DNA of 63,670 nt, filler included, from Bigelowiella natans CCMP2755 (Eukaryota > Protista > Cercozoa), in assembly GCA_000320545.1 (NCBI GenBank). It is 4 parts of 4 records of this genome, joined end to end, with 100 filler letters (N's around TTAATTAATTAA, not from the genome) between each part and the next. Parts side by side here need not be neighbours in the genome. Positions count along the whole stretch, not along the records: positions 1 to 15,111 come from ADNK01002000.1; positions 15,212 to 35,879 come from ADNK01002242.1; 2 more parts are not named here. One strand, given 5' to 3'. Position 1 is the stretch's first letter. The number at the start of each line of letters is the position of its first letter. The translations under genes were made by a program, and so were the position numbers. The notes under the pieces were generated by a model. It saw only the letters and a program-made list of their open reading frames with translations, had not been told where the DNA came from and did no database searches. Below are positions 13,100 to 30,620 of the stretch, piece after piece.

Positions 13100-14690
13100 A
13101 TGTTTTCCTTATATAAATCAAATATTTTCCTTGAAATTACACGTGAAGGACTTTTGATATATGATACAGTTTGCTTTAGTTCCTTGTAAATAGTATGTAG
13201 ACCCTTTGAGCATCACCTTAAACATTCCTACTCCCATCACAGCAGAATGGCATCGGGTATAGCTGAAGGACCAGGAATGACCATGGATACGTAAGATCAT
13301 GATAGTTACCGTCCAAGGTGAGGGCAAATCGCACGCCATTGCACGCTACCGTTTTCTTTCTTCGTCGCACTTTTTCCTTGCCTTGCACTCACAATTCAGT
13401 AGACTGACAGGAAAAGGGCATGCATTTCATACATTCCGCCCGTTAGACATGAATTCCAACGATTCACCTAATCAGCTTGTTGTTATCGGGAGATCCCGTC
13501 GCGTTGATATCCACCTTGCGGTCGCCTGAGCATCATAGTATTGTCTCTGCGCTTTTTCGAATCATGCCCCTTGCAGGCCAAGCCCAAAAAGAAATCAACA
13601 TTCTTTTAATTGAGGCACAAATCCCTACCTAGGGCCTTTCGTATCTTCCTGCATCTCTTCGCAAACACCTTCGGCGGTGGGAGCGCGGCCATGGCTGAAA
13701 GTTCCCCTCCGAAATCCGATAGTCGCAGGAGAACACACATGTCGGTGGTTCTTCGTAAATTTCTAATAAAGACATCATTCAAACCTTGTCGCAGGGGAAC
13801 AATAGGAAGCCGATTTTTAACATTTTTTTGTCTACGTATTCGAAGCCGAGCGCTTCGAGTCTTTGATTTTAGAATTTTCCGCCTAAAATTCCATGTCGCG
13901 AGGATGAAATCCAATGCAATAATTCTGCTCTTACACATCTCTTGGCGAGGTAGGATCCATTCCGATTGGCAACCACAGCGATGGAGGTCAAGAGCACGCA
14001 GATGATGGCCCAGATGGGGTAACTCTAACACTTGTGGCCTGCTCGTTTCGTGTGTAGTGTTTACCACCACGGGGGCTAACCTGGGGAATTGTGGTTTTGC
14101 AGGACCGCGGCGGTTGCGCAGATGGGGGAAGAAGCGATGAAGAGGGATGAGGACGACACATCCCTCACCAACTTTATGGGATATAGCATGCGCGTAGCAG
14201 GGCTGGCCGGTGGGATGGCGACGATTCTCTGCGCGGTATGTCCACACCACACAGGCGTCAGAAAAGTAGACTGATTCATGTTGTAAATTCGAGTGATCTG
14301 GTGGTGCCTATGACTCACCGATGAGAAAGATGCCCTGCTGTCTTCAAGACTAGCCAGACAAGTCGTACCAATCAACTTATGTTGCGCCATCCTCCTTCTC
14401 GTTGTATGCATATGCAGATTTTGGGTCTTCTCTCTAGTATCACCCGGTCCCCTGTATACCTCTACATTATGTCTTTCGGAATCGTAAGCGTAGGTCGGTA
14501 GCAACAAAGATTGCTCTTGCTAACAATGTATGATAGTGCTCTGCCGAAGAATCTCATCACCCCGTTATCACTGATCTGATCGGTGGCTCCCTGTTGTCTT
14601 CCGACGTGTGGCCAGGCTTGGACATTGGGAGCTTCTGCGACTTCGGGCTAAAAGCTTGGATCAAGGCCGAGCTGAAATTCATGACTTTGT
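13100..14690 (-). CDS. Hypothetical protein; exon structure unresolved
   Basis: Overlapping minus-strand open segments with GT/AG signals and one TM-like stretch (SYPIWAIICVLLTSIAVVA). No recognisable motif. Confidence 0.3.
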
Positions 14691-14829
14691 TGTGGGGAAA
14701 GGGTCAGTATCTCGTATTCTCCTCCGCGGACTAGTTCATAATTTGTAGAAGATTCGAATTTTCCCGAAAGGAATGAATTTTGTATTCTCACTCAACAATT
14801 TCGCCGAAAAGTCGTCCCTCTCCCTCTCC

Positions 14830-14870
<41 letters not shown>

Positions 14871-15111
14871 ACATAATATGTACTAAACGTAGACAGAGGA
14901 GAAAATAGATGGGCGCGCAATCAAACGCCCCCCCCCCCCTCCTAAAAAACCAATGCCGCTTGTGGTTTGACTCTCATCCAGGTTCGTTTTACGTGTTCAT
15001 CGGTACCTTGCTTCTCTGGGAATGAGGCCTCCTGACCCTGATTGTTGGCGTATATATGATGATCGTCTGATGCCTAATGATTCTAATGTCGTAAACTACG
15101 GCCAAGAAGCT

Positions 15112-15211
15112 NNNNNNNNNNNNNNNNNNNNNNNNNNNNNNNNNNNNNNNNNNNNTTAATTAATTAANNNNNNNNNNNNNNNNNNNNNNNNNNNNNNNNN
15201 NNNNNNNNNNN
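15112..15211. other. Assembly gap with a TTAATTAATTAA six-frame-stop spacer
   Basis: N44-TTAATTAATTAA-N44; the same structure occurs at all three gaps. Confidence 0.97.
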
Positions 15212-15228
15212 CACACACACACACATGC

Positions 15229-15868
15229 ATGCATGCATGCATGCATACCACACCGCGCGTTGATTTCTGGCCAAAACGCGTCTCCCTTGTTGTGACCGTG
15301 ATCTACAACGCAGGGACGAAAGGGCGGCTGGAGTGTGCGTCGACTACTGGAACGGGCTGCTGGTGGGGGAGAGCTGAATACAGCTCATACTCACTCTACC
15401 AGCCAGTGCCTCTCGGCATGAACGACCCGTCAGGCCAGTCTCCCTACGATGAACCTTGTCCTGCGTGGCGAGATCGGAACAACGCTGATGCTTGCACTAT
15501 CCTCGGTTGCTACAACCCCCCCCCGCTGAACTACAAGCTCCTGTCAGAGTTTGACATTCAATTCGACTTCAAGACGGAAGGTGTGAAGAACACGGATGGC
15601 AATGTAGAGAGCTACGTGTGGTCACAGTATGCGGGGCAAGGGGGCCGGCCTGAGCGTGCCGAAATGATTGGATGGACCCATACCCGCGACTATCACCGGG
15701 GCTACCTCAAGAACACAAATGGCGAGGCTCGTGTGCGCGTGCATCATTTGCGTCCCAATACAGAGTAAATATCATTTGCAGCAGCATAAACAATCCTTTG
15801 TCACGATCTCACTGTTTCCCATTTCCATCCTATGAACCATTAAGGGTTTGCATCCCTTCCCCCACCCC

Positions 15869-15909
<41 letters not shown>

Positions 15910-17078
15910 TCTGTGTGTGTGGGTGTGTGTATGTGTGCGTGTGTTGTGATGCATTGATAGGTACGAATACGCTGTGTACCAGTTCGCCTCAATCTGGGGT
16001 GGAAAGAACCGGATGCGGGTTAATGATCAATACTGGTTCGACACGGAGGCGACCACGTGCCTTGATAAGCCGACTGCGACCGGATTCGCCACTTCCGACA
16101 ACAAAGGAGAAATCAACTTTCACTTCAATCGAGACCAAAACCACGCGAGCATCACTGCCATCGGGCTAGACCCAGGACGTTTCTCCCAGGGCTGCCCCTC
16201 CACGCGCCCCACCTATCACTACAACTTCAACCTGAGGCGCAACGAGAACCTGGTCGACACTACGACGTACACGCTTACATCCCGCGAGGCAAAGCTGGAG
16301 CTAGTAGGATGGAACTATGCACGGAACTACCAGGACGGTTACGTTGATTATGGAGGCATGCAGGGCACTGCGACCGTTAGCGGACTCAAGCCTAACAAGC
16401 GCTACCATTACCATCTGCACAACATGTGTACGGGGGGGTACTACCCGCCATCGGGCTGGACCCCGTGCGGCGCAAACCAGATTTCCATAAACGGGGTGAC
16501 TAACCCGCAGTGGATCGTGGGCGAGAAGTGCAAGGGCTATGAGATGTTACACGGCGTAACCACCAGCACAGCTGAGGGAAAGATCGTGATCAAGGTTATC
16601 CGCCATGTCTCTCATGTTGCGCTCTCCGTGATCGGAATCGACGACTACTACGGCGGCTTCCCCGCCAGGCAGCAAGGGTGCTCACAGCTGCAGTGGGAGG
16701 GAGATTTCGATCGCCTCATGAACAATCCAGAGGATGTGCCTGAGAATACCGAAGGCCAGTATCAATGGGCAGGGGACTGGTATGGGATGCAGAGCGATGC
16801 AAACTTCCCAAAACAAACAAAGGACACGTTCTTCAGCTACCAGCAGTTCTCGTCGATGACCGGCAAAATTGACGAGGAAGCAGCGATTGTGGAAGTAGCG
16901 GTACCGAAAATCCAGCACTGGAGGCTGACCGAGTACCACCATCCCCTAAAGATCCAGGACAAAACGGGATGGCTGTGGGGTCTGGATCACGGGGTACTAC
17001 CGAATCTCAGACGTATAATCTTCTTTGATAACGAGAAAAAGTGTACACAAACACACACATCTGGCATATACAATATAA

Positions 17079-17118
<40 letters not shown>

Positions 17119-17779
17119 ATTATTTCTCGATCGAAAAAACCTCAAAGAAGTCTGCTAGCACCCTTGCATACCATGCTCCCTCTCACCTCATCAGCTCGCC
17201 TCTCCTCCTCTCTTCCTCCCACCCATTCCTTTCTTTTGCCGTGCCGCCCCTAGGAGGAAGTCCTGGTGGGGCGCCAAACCTACGGCGCAGGTTGGTGGCC
17301 CAGCAATAGCTTTTCAGTCAACGCCGGCAACCCTTCCGCTGAGAACTACGCGATCCTGGACCAACTGGAGAACTTCCGGCTCCCAAACGGCAAGCTCTGG
17401 CTCAAAATGACTTGGCCGGGAACCTCGCACTCGGACCAGATCTGGCTGCAGACGTCCAATCCCTACTCGAAGCGAACGCGCGGCGTTCTAGGCTACGAGG
17501 CCGATAGCGTGGCGTACACTGACAATGGCTGGGGAGGTCTGCAGTACAATGGCGGGGGCAAAGCTTTGCTGAGCGGTAGCGCGGGGCATTCAACAAGCTG
17601 GTTCTATGCATTCGGGAGCTATCAGGACTGGAGTGGCGGCATTCCAGGCCACCGAAGTGCTGTAAAGCGGGTGGAGATCTACGCCTTGAGGCCGGCCGAT
17701 GTGCCTCTTGCCCCAATCCATCATATCTGCTTCAGCTCTTGTGACCTCAATGACAAGTATCGTACCCCTTTCCCCCCCC

Positions 17780-17818
<39 letters not shown>

Positions 17819-18625
17819 TTCTCTCTCTCTCCTTCTCTCCCCTTTCTTTCTCGGCCCTCAAAAAATCCATGCTTGTACACAAGAACAAAATGAGGTCGTC
17901 GCCACATTAGTACGGGGAAGGTTGAGAGGATAGACCTCTGAGCACGGATGGATGGTGGTGTTTGTGGAGCTGAAAGAAGGCAGCATCTTACGCTGTACCC
18001 CTCGATGGGGCTTCTCCCTCACCCCTCACATGATCAGGTTCGGCGTGTTGGAACCGGTATTGAAAAACGGCGCCACGTGCTCGCCAGGAGAAGGTGTGCA
18101 CTTGGACGGTATCGACGACTACGTGGAACTCGGGGCAGTCACGCTGGGAGGGGCCCTTTCGTTCTCCGCGTGGGTCAAGCTCACGGACCTGTCTGGCAGC
18201 GGCTCGAGGCGCATCTTCGACTTTGGGAATAGCGCGAGTGCTCGCGTCTACTTCGGGCAGAACTCCAACTCGAAACAGCCTTCATTCGGCGTCGTTCAGG
18301 GCTCGGCGAGGACCCACACTGCGAATGGCGCGACAGACTTCTGGGTGAAGGACACGCTAACGCATGTTCTAGCCACCATATCCAGCGACGGCACCACTAG
18401 GATCTACAAGGACGGCTCGCTAATCTCCCTCGACGATTCGAACAAGCAGCAGCTCCAGTCTGCAAAGCGCACGCATCATTACCTGGGCAAGTGTCTGGCA
18501 TCGGCATCCAGCAGCCTCGTGAAGGGAAACATATGTAATTGATAGGCCCCACACCATTGACGCTCATCATGTTAGTAATGGCGTGGAGCTCGCTAAGACG
18601 CATATTCGCAGCTAATTATATTTAC

Positions 18626-18665
<40 letters not shown>

Positions 18666-19070
18666 AGACGTGCAAGTATTTCTGCATCAAATGCTTACAT
18701 ATTTTCTTCTTATTTGCGCGAAATCCCTCACCACGTATAGATGCTTTCAGTATCTACGGCAGAGAATTGACACCGAGCGAAGTGAAGAAAGTGTACACAC
18801 AGGGCACCATTGACCGCTGCTTTCACATCGAAAACAACCCCAACGGCAAGCAAAAAGACTTCCCGTATCTCTCCACCGTTCCGAGCATTAAAATCAAGCC
18901 GGTGAGGGCTTACACGCCTGTGGACGAGAACCAGATCAGCAGCTGGCTGGTTGGCTCTGCTGCCTCGAGGAAAAGTAGCGTGGCGCATGATACGGACGCA
19001 CTCTGGAAGTAATAGAAATGGCGTAGTAAGAGGCTTTAGTAGCAGTAGTACTTGTAGTGGTGGTGGTAGC

Positions 19071-19108
<38 letters not shown>

Positions 19109-19574
19109 CAGACGCACTGGTAAAAATACTCCTCAACTACTGCACTACACTAACCACATAAAAAACTGTTGTAGTAGCAGTAGTAGTAGTAGTAGTAGTA
19201 ATAGTGGATTTGTATTAGTAGAGTAGTAGGATTTATCGTTGTTGTTGTTGTTGTTGTTGTTGTTGCATTTATGGTGCTTGCTTGCCCGGAGCGGCGATGA
19301 ATGGCGACCGTTCTTCTCTCAGCAGCTTTGCTCATCGTGACACTTGATTGATTTTTTTCCTGGTAACTAGATTCCTAGCTTGCTCGGGGAAGATACTGAA
19401 AGATACCCCAGATAGCTCCACAGAGCTGAAGCAGCTCGTTCACTGCGCTAGCCCCTTCTCCTATGCTGGGGGGTCGGGCTGGAGCAGAACGATATCCTAC
19501 TCATTTACAGCTTCTGACTGTGGCGGATCGAATAACATTGCTTCGACGTGCTTAATCGGTACTAGTTGGATGAC

Positions 19575-19610
<36 letters not shown>

Positions 19611-19640
19611 ATTAGGATGGAGAGACGCAACATATATTTG

Positions 19641-19683
<43 letters not shown>

Positions 19684-21697
19684 TACACAAAAGATGTGTA
19701 CGTCTCTTCATGTTATGCACACGTGCTGCCGACCTTCGTGCAGGGTTGAAGGACACGAGGCATGTGGGGCAAGACGAGGACTGGCGCGCATTCACCGGCA
19801 ACCCTGCCAAGATCCAGTGGTGGCTGGGCAGCGGCCAAACGAACCCGAGTGACCACAACTCCAACCGCCCAAGAGGGAACGCGGCTGCTGATTATCTCTG
19901 CCCCGCGACAAATACGAGGCTCAGCTCGGACTTCACACGCTACCGATGTCACACTAGCAACAACTACGCCGGCCAAACCGGGCTGCGCAAACACACGTTC
20001 ACCGCGGCCGAATGCGGCGGCGCCCTCCCTCCAAAGAGCGGGGAGGGCTGTCTCGCCGTCTTCGGGCGACGGCAGCAATATGGGGGGGATAGGCACTGGG
20101 AGATACTCCGCAAGGAGCAGTCGACCACGATCCAATGGCAGTGCAATGGCTGTACAGGGGGGATGAATGCAGAGGTGCACTATCTCTGTCCGAACCTCAA
20201 GGACCGGAGGAATTCGCCTTGGAAGATTTACAACTGCTACGCCCATCTGTATAACCCAAGCTTATACACAGCTAAGGGCGCTGTTGGTTATACACACATG
20301 TACCACTGGCGCATCGAAGACTGTGGGGGCTTGCCGGCGGCCAACGCCAAGTGTTTTGCAGGGCATAGAGGGGGTCTGTTCCTAGGTAACAGGAACGAGG
20401 ACTACCAAGTCTTGTCACCGAACGACGGCAAGGTATCCGTTGTTCATTTAGTATTCGGTTTGCTGTGGCAATGTGATGTTGGGCATGAGATCAATGACGC
20501 AATTTTGAGCTTAATGTGGGCTTATTTGTCTGTCCGAGTTTCATTGTGCTACCAGGGAAGATACCAATTAATCGTATTCTATTCTTCTTATTTCCCTCAC
20601 CCCCCCCGGAAATCGATTAGGACGAATGGTTCTGTGTAGCGCGGAAGTCCAAAAATGAGGTTGTCGGCCCCTTTTCGAACATAGAGCACGCGAAGAACGA
20701 ACTCAACAAGCAAACAGGAGGCTCCTCCAACGCGCAGATGATTTGCGAGATGACGCAAAACGGGCCGAAGAGTAGCGCGAGCACCGTCGGCGGGCAGTCT
20801 CAAACTGCCCCAGCATTCAAAAGCTGGTGGTCTGGCACTTCAGACATCGCCAGCATGAACCTAATGTGCCAGAACGACGCAAAATGTCGGCGCGGCCCCA
20901 CAAACTCAACGGGATTCGGCATGCGGTGGTACTGCAACGATTGCACCGGGGCTGCGCGCGTTTCGGCGGACTACGTCTGCTACGAGGACAGCATCCCAGC
21001 CACGTGCCAGGAGTATATGAATACGGGGTACACAGAGTCAGGAGTTTACAAGATCAGCCTCGGCGGCTTCATAGGGTACTTCTGGTGCGATATGACTCAC
21101 CCAGGAGAGGCATGGATGCGAATGCAGTACATGGAATCCAACTATGACCAGCACAAGGCCGAGGTGACAGGGCAGGTTGTACCAAAGTCCTTCCTTATTG
21201 CGTTACACGCAAAGGTAACGGCTTGGGGCTGGTCAAATAGCAAAGCTGGAATGCTCAGCAGCGGCAAGACCTGGATCCTTCGCGGAAACACGCTCGATGC
21301 TAAGGGCTACAATGTCGGCACAACCAACTCTGGCGGATACTACTGGGCTGAGTACACGCTTGACAAGTATGAGGCCTGGTACAACGTCGCAAACGGCGGA
21401 ACACCCACCAGTATGACCGGCACCTTTCAAAGCTATGAGGGCGGTAGATTACAATACACAGGCACGGTTGATACCTACGAGGCATGGACGTCATTTTACG
21501 TCGGTTGCGGCTGGACGCAGCACTATGCTCGTGGGCAGAGAAAGACTCTCCACACGGGCGGCCAGAGATCTCACTGCTGCGAATACGTTCACGGGGGGTG
21601 TAACGGCTACCGCTACAACTACCAGAATTCGGTAACAGCTAGGAAACCCTATGGTGGGACTCCGAGGTACGTCTGGGTAGCCACGGCAGGTGGATAG
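15229..21697 (+). CDS. Large extracellular multidomain protein: 2 copies of repeat A, a fibrinogen-related domain, LamG/concanavalin-like domain, 3 Cys-rich 'CGG' repeats and a fibrinogen C-terminal-like domain. The 5' end lies in or before the gap.
   Basis: Phase-consistent splices join all the ORFs (NTE|YEY, VA|EEV, NDK|FGV, NIY|AFS, WK|FLA, CLIG|LKD, GK|DEW). LamG: VHLDGIDDYVEL..SFSAWVK..RIFDFG..IYKDG..RELTPSEV. Fibrinogen-like: PATCQEY..SGVYKI..FWCDMT..W and NYAILDQLENFR..WLQTSNP..GWGGL..WFYAFG. Confidence 0.85.
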
Positions 21698-21869
21698 ACA
21701 GCTAGATTGATCGGTGGCCGAAAGAACAGAGTGTGAACGGGGTCTTTCGAAGACAATGTGTGAGACTGAAATAGTGGATTGGAAGTTGAATTCCGTGCAC
21801 TGACGCACGGGTTCCAGTTTCTCGGCTAGTCGGGGATCCTGATGGGCGTGTTGCCTGCGTAGCCATCGA

Positions 21870-22720
21870 CGATGAAAAGCAAAAGCACAGTTGATGAAAA
21901 GCAAAAGCACAGTTTTTAGCACAGTTTTTAGCACAGTTTATCATTCATTGTCCTGCAATGTGTGCGACAACAACAATTGAAGATTACATGCAATGTTGAC
22001 TCAGGGTCAACACATTGAGATGAGGGTAGCAGCATGATGCTTTCATGGCAAATCATCGATCCATTGCCGCCACGAGCAGCGTTGCATGCATGTTGCCCCT
22101 CACCGCAGTGCAACGGCAAACAGCCATGCGACAAGTGTGAATTCAATGTGGCGCCACACTAGCGCTTCGATCGTCATCGATCATGACAGACATGCAACGT
22201 GTTGCCCGTGTCTGTTGTGATCAGAAGCAAAACATTCTGCCAATGAAATTCCAGACGAGCAAGCCATCACCTGGACCACACATGATCATGCACACCATTT
22301 CACGGCATGTGCACGAATGCAGCAGCAGCTGGAGCATTGTTCAGCACAGCACAATGGTGCAACAAAACTCTGAAAACTTGCTGCAAACGTGTCACAAGCA
22401 ACAACGTGCTTTTCGCCGCTAGCCAGCCAGCCACCACAGCCAGACAGCGCTGCGCATGCGTGGCCTTGTTTTCGATGGTTGTCGAAGGCAAAATTAATTT
22501 CAGTGGTGCAATGAGTGCAGTGTGCGTGAGTTGATGTGGTCCAGTGGTGCAAGCACTTGACGCAAGGCTGGGTGTGAGCCAGCCTCGGGCTTCATTGTTT
22601 GGTTCATCACAATCGTTTTGGCACTCCAACAAGACGTGCACCAGTCTAGCAGTGCTGCTGACAAGTTGGACACGCCTCACGCGTCTGAGCAAGGGGAGCA
22701 GAAAGCAAAAAAGAAACATT
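21870..22720 (-). mobile_element. Decayed non-LTR retrotransposon (LINE-like) 3' relic(s)
   Basis: Two broken CCHC-type C-terminal motifs on the minus strand: ACPTC...LVHVLLEC (~22620-22676) and LPLHCGEG...ESTLHVIFNC (~21970-22130). The composition is TpG/CpA-rich, and a short tandem-repeat tail lies at the 3' side. Confidence 0.5.
21872..21940. repeat. Short tandem repeats (gatgaaaagcaaaagcacagtt x2, then tttagcacagtt units), possibly a LINE 3' tail
   Basis: Read directly from the sequence. Confidence 0.8.
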
Positions 22721-23315
22721 TCATCACCAAGGGGTTTCACTCCCCGGGTTTTGCTAGTTTGGTCCATGACTGGACGACTGGACCACCATGAAAGATCGGA
22801 GCTTTTCGTGAGCACCAATGTCCAGCCAGAACGGGATTCGAAGCAATGTCAGGGAATTTCATCTATTTAGCAAACTATTTGTGACAAAATTTCATGACGC
22901 AAATGATGATCTCCCTGCGATTGACTCTCCTTTGAAAACGGACAGAGTTTCCAACATCTAAAAACGCAACGAGGGGATGCAGACCGGAATTTGTACTGAA
23001 AACATCGTGCAATCATTACAAGTAAGTACATGAATATTGATCATTAATGAAAAGCTAAATTGCATGATCGAATGATTATGCGACATACATGATCTGAATA
23101 TTATAACGCATTTTGTCCTATTTTGAAGCATTTCGGAAGGCACACTAGATCTGGAATTTGTGGCCGAAGTCGCCAAGGGATACCCCCCCACCAGACACTG
23201 GCGACCAGTCTTTCTAGTTTCAACATTGCTATTCTCACGGACGATCCATACCGGCATCGAATCCATCCTGGAACGAAGAATTAAGAAGGAAGTTTTTTGA
23301 AGGCGCAGAGAAGCT

Positions 23316-27807
<4,492 letters not shown>

Positions 27808-27829
27808 CTGAATGTCAAGTTTCTTAACA

Positions 27830-28760
27830 ACAAGTAAAAGTCGCAAGTACGTCATGTTGTTACTTTTCGATGAGAAATTTTTAACTTGCATGTACTAGTG
27901 CATGCAATTGATTCCATGTTAGCATGCTTCAATTTGCAGTCACATCTTCAATGCAAACAAAACCAGATGAGCCAGCTAGTCAGTACTACTGACTACTAGA
28001 TGATAGCCAGAGATTAAAGCGCTAGGGGAGAATCGAGCTCCTGAATGCTAGAATGGCTAGCTAGCTAGCTAGCTAGTTGGAGTTTGCAAGAAATCTCGAT
28101 GCAGCAAAAATCAAAGTTTCTGCTAGTCTGCGTGAGCTTTCATTAGCGTTTGTAAATATGTAGTGCACATGTCGATCTAGATTTACAAGCTGCTGACTAG
28201 CTATCTAGCTAACTAGCTAAGCACATCTTCAGCTAGCTAGCTAGCTGTAGCCGCTGCATTGCACAGCTACTTGAGGATGGCCATTGCTAGATTGAACAAA
28301 TTCACTTGATTCATTGTATCCGTCTTGCTAGCTTGCATCTCTAGATCTCTAGTTAGCTAGGTGCGCTTGCAGCACTACATGCTAGCATGGCTAGCTAGAG
28401 CACACCAAGTCTCTAAAGGTTTTCCATCATCAACTAGTCAACACATCTAGACATGCCTAGCTAGCTAGATGTCAGCATGCTAGCATGTCGTAGTCAATGG
28501 TTGCTAGATTGTTCTGTGCTACACGATCATGTAATCCGTGTGAGGTAGCAGTGCAGCTTCACGCTATGTAAATGACATTCATGGAGCTACTTCTTCTACA
28601 TCGACAACAAACCCATAGCCCCTATCTCCATGCATGCTAGTAGCTCTAGACGTGTGCATGAATGTTAAAAACTAACCAATGTACGTCCTTCATCATGTGA
28701 TGAACCTAGTCTGTTCATTGTTAAAATGGTGAAGAGCATCGCACGCGCATGTGGTGTATC
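27830..28760. other. TAGCTA/CTAG/CATG-rich intergenic island between convergent genes (the clearest of several)
   Basis: Runs such as gctagctagctagctagctag and many catg/tgca/tctaga palindromes; no coding potential. Confidence 0.8.
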
Positions 28761-28902
28761 CATGTATGTGTTTAATAATTTTATTCACCATTAGATACAT
28801 ACCTCATTATATGCACCATACCCTTTCATCCATATTTAATACTCATTCTGATTTGCTTTGCAAAATAATTCTTACTCATTTGGTTGTACTACACACCCGG
28901 CC

Positions 28903-30620
28903 CTAGTTCAGGCCTGGTCTCCCCTCAGGCCTGGTCTCCCCTTGTATAGCATCTTTGAGAAAATTTGTGTAACCTTGATGGGCAGCTGGTATCTTGCAGT
29001 TGGATGGCAACTTCACATCCATGTCAGGTGGATCCAATGATGAAATACGCTGAATTGACGACATCCTCAAAGTATTTCCCGATACGTTGTAATTTGAAAT
29101 GCTTGATCTTATGTTTCCTTTTGGATCAGCATCCTTAATCGCACTTCCTCTTTCGACGGTCAACCTGCCTGTTTTATCATCCTTGTAATCAAGATTTGCG
29201 AACTGATTAGCATTATTCGTATCCTTGTCGTCTTGCTGGTTGTTGGATTTCACGGCGACAGAGTTAATCAGATCTTGGTTGGATGATGCGGATTCCTTTG
29301 CTTTGCAACAAGCAATTGGCACCCAGGAGTAGTACAACCTTTTGCATTCATCATGAGCATCAAGGGCAGCAATGTTATAGATTATTAATATACTTACCAT
29401 AATGCGGTAAAAAAGAAGTAAGTTGATTCCAACATTTGCCCACAGACAGTATTGCACGAGAAGCAACCATCAACAGCCTCATACAGTGTAGTGTACTCTA
29501 TATCCTCCAACGGATTTTCGATTGCCTTTTTTGCCATAAGGGATGCCAGAACTAATAAATGTTAGAATTGGAAATTGAAGGATTTCCTAATTCTAGGGCA
29601 TTAAAATGAATAAACTACGACCTAGGAGCATGATTGCAACAGATGAGAAACCCACAATTAAGACCAAAATATGCATCTTTATGCTTTGAAGCTTCGTGAC
29701 CTCCTGTTGGGACTCTTCACTCTTAACCATTTTCAATCGTTGAATACTCCTTTTTACTATAAAGTAAAACTTGCTAAAGAAGCAGCAAGAGATTACTGCG
29801 GGTACTGCAACCATAAGTCCGAATAGCAATAAAAACTGGGAAAACAATATGTATAAATTGGAGTAAAAAGTGTGTGTAGGACTTTCTTACCCAGTAACAG
29901 TTCGAGGCTTCGTTGGTGTAAAAGACAATGAAAATGAGACTTTCCACAGCAAAAATCCATAGTACGAGAGAAGCGACGAGGAGTTCCCCTCCATGTTTGG
30001 TAGTCCAGGCTTGTATGATGCCGCCGAAACTACTTGCTTCAGAGGGGCTTAATCTAGATGAATGATTGATGATTTATTATTCACATATTTTACAAAAATC
30101 ACTCGGGGTTTACACAAAGGGTGTAATAATACCATCAGTTATGCTTTACCTTGTTGAAATGTCAGTATCTTTTATACCTTGGAATAGAGTAAATGCAACG
30201 ATCATGGAAGTTATGCCAAGGAGAATCATAACATGGTTCGTAATCAGCAAGTCCGCCCATGCATGCTTTCCGACCACCTATTCGTGAAATAGCAATAATG
30301 TATTATTTATACCGCGGAACTTTTCGAACATAATTTTTGTCTGACCGTATAGATATAAGCAACAGTTGCAACTATGGTCGTGACGGTGGAACTGATATGA
30401 ATTCGCTTCTTGGATAAATCCTACGAAGAGAGGAGGTACGTATACGTTATTCTATAGATATTACGTCCACTCGCACGGCCATGACCTTTGTGCTAGACTT
30501 TAGGAGCAATATGTGAACTAGGAGCGATATCACGCATAGAACAATGCGAATGTAGTTGAATAATACTACAGTCCTATTCGCCGTCTCTGAAGCCCAAATT
30601 GTATTAATAATACAATGATA
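28903..30620 (-). CDS. Serpentine (7TM, GPCR-like) membrane protein, paralogue 1
   Basis: Successive hydrophobic exons: IVLCVISLLVHILLLKSSTK|..TIVATVAYIYT|..VMILLGITSMIVAFTLF|..LLVASLVLWIFAVESLIFIVFY|FLLLFGLMVAVPAVI..|..ILVLIVGFSSVAIMLL. These are followed by YYSWVP and a polar tail. The start is uncertain. Confidence 0.75.

Noticed and set aside
15156-15167. TTAATTAATTAA palindrome repeated three times, as a possible biological motif or piggyBac-like TTAA site
   Set aside because: It is always centred in N44 blocks, so it is an artificial contig spacer with stops in all six frames.
21872-21940. Direct repeats as a CRISPR array
   Set aside because: There are no unique spacers, the context is eukaryotic, and there are no cas genes.
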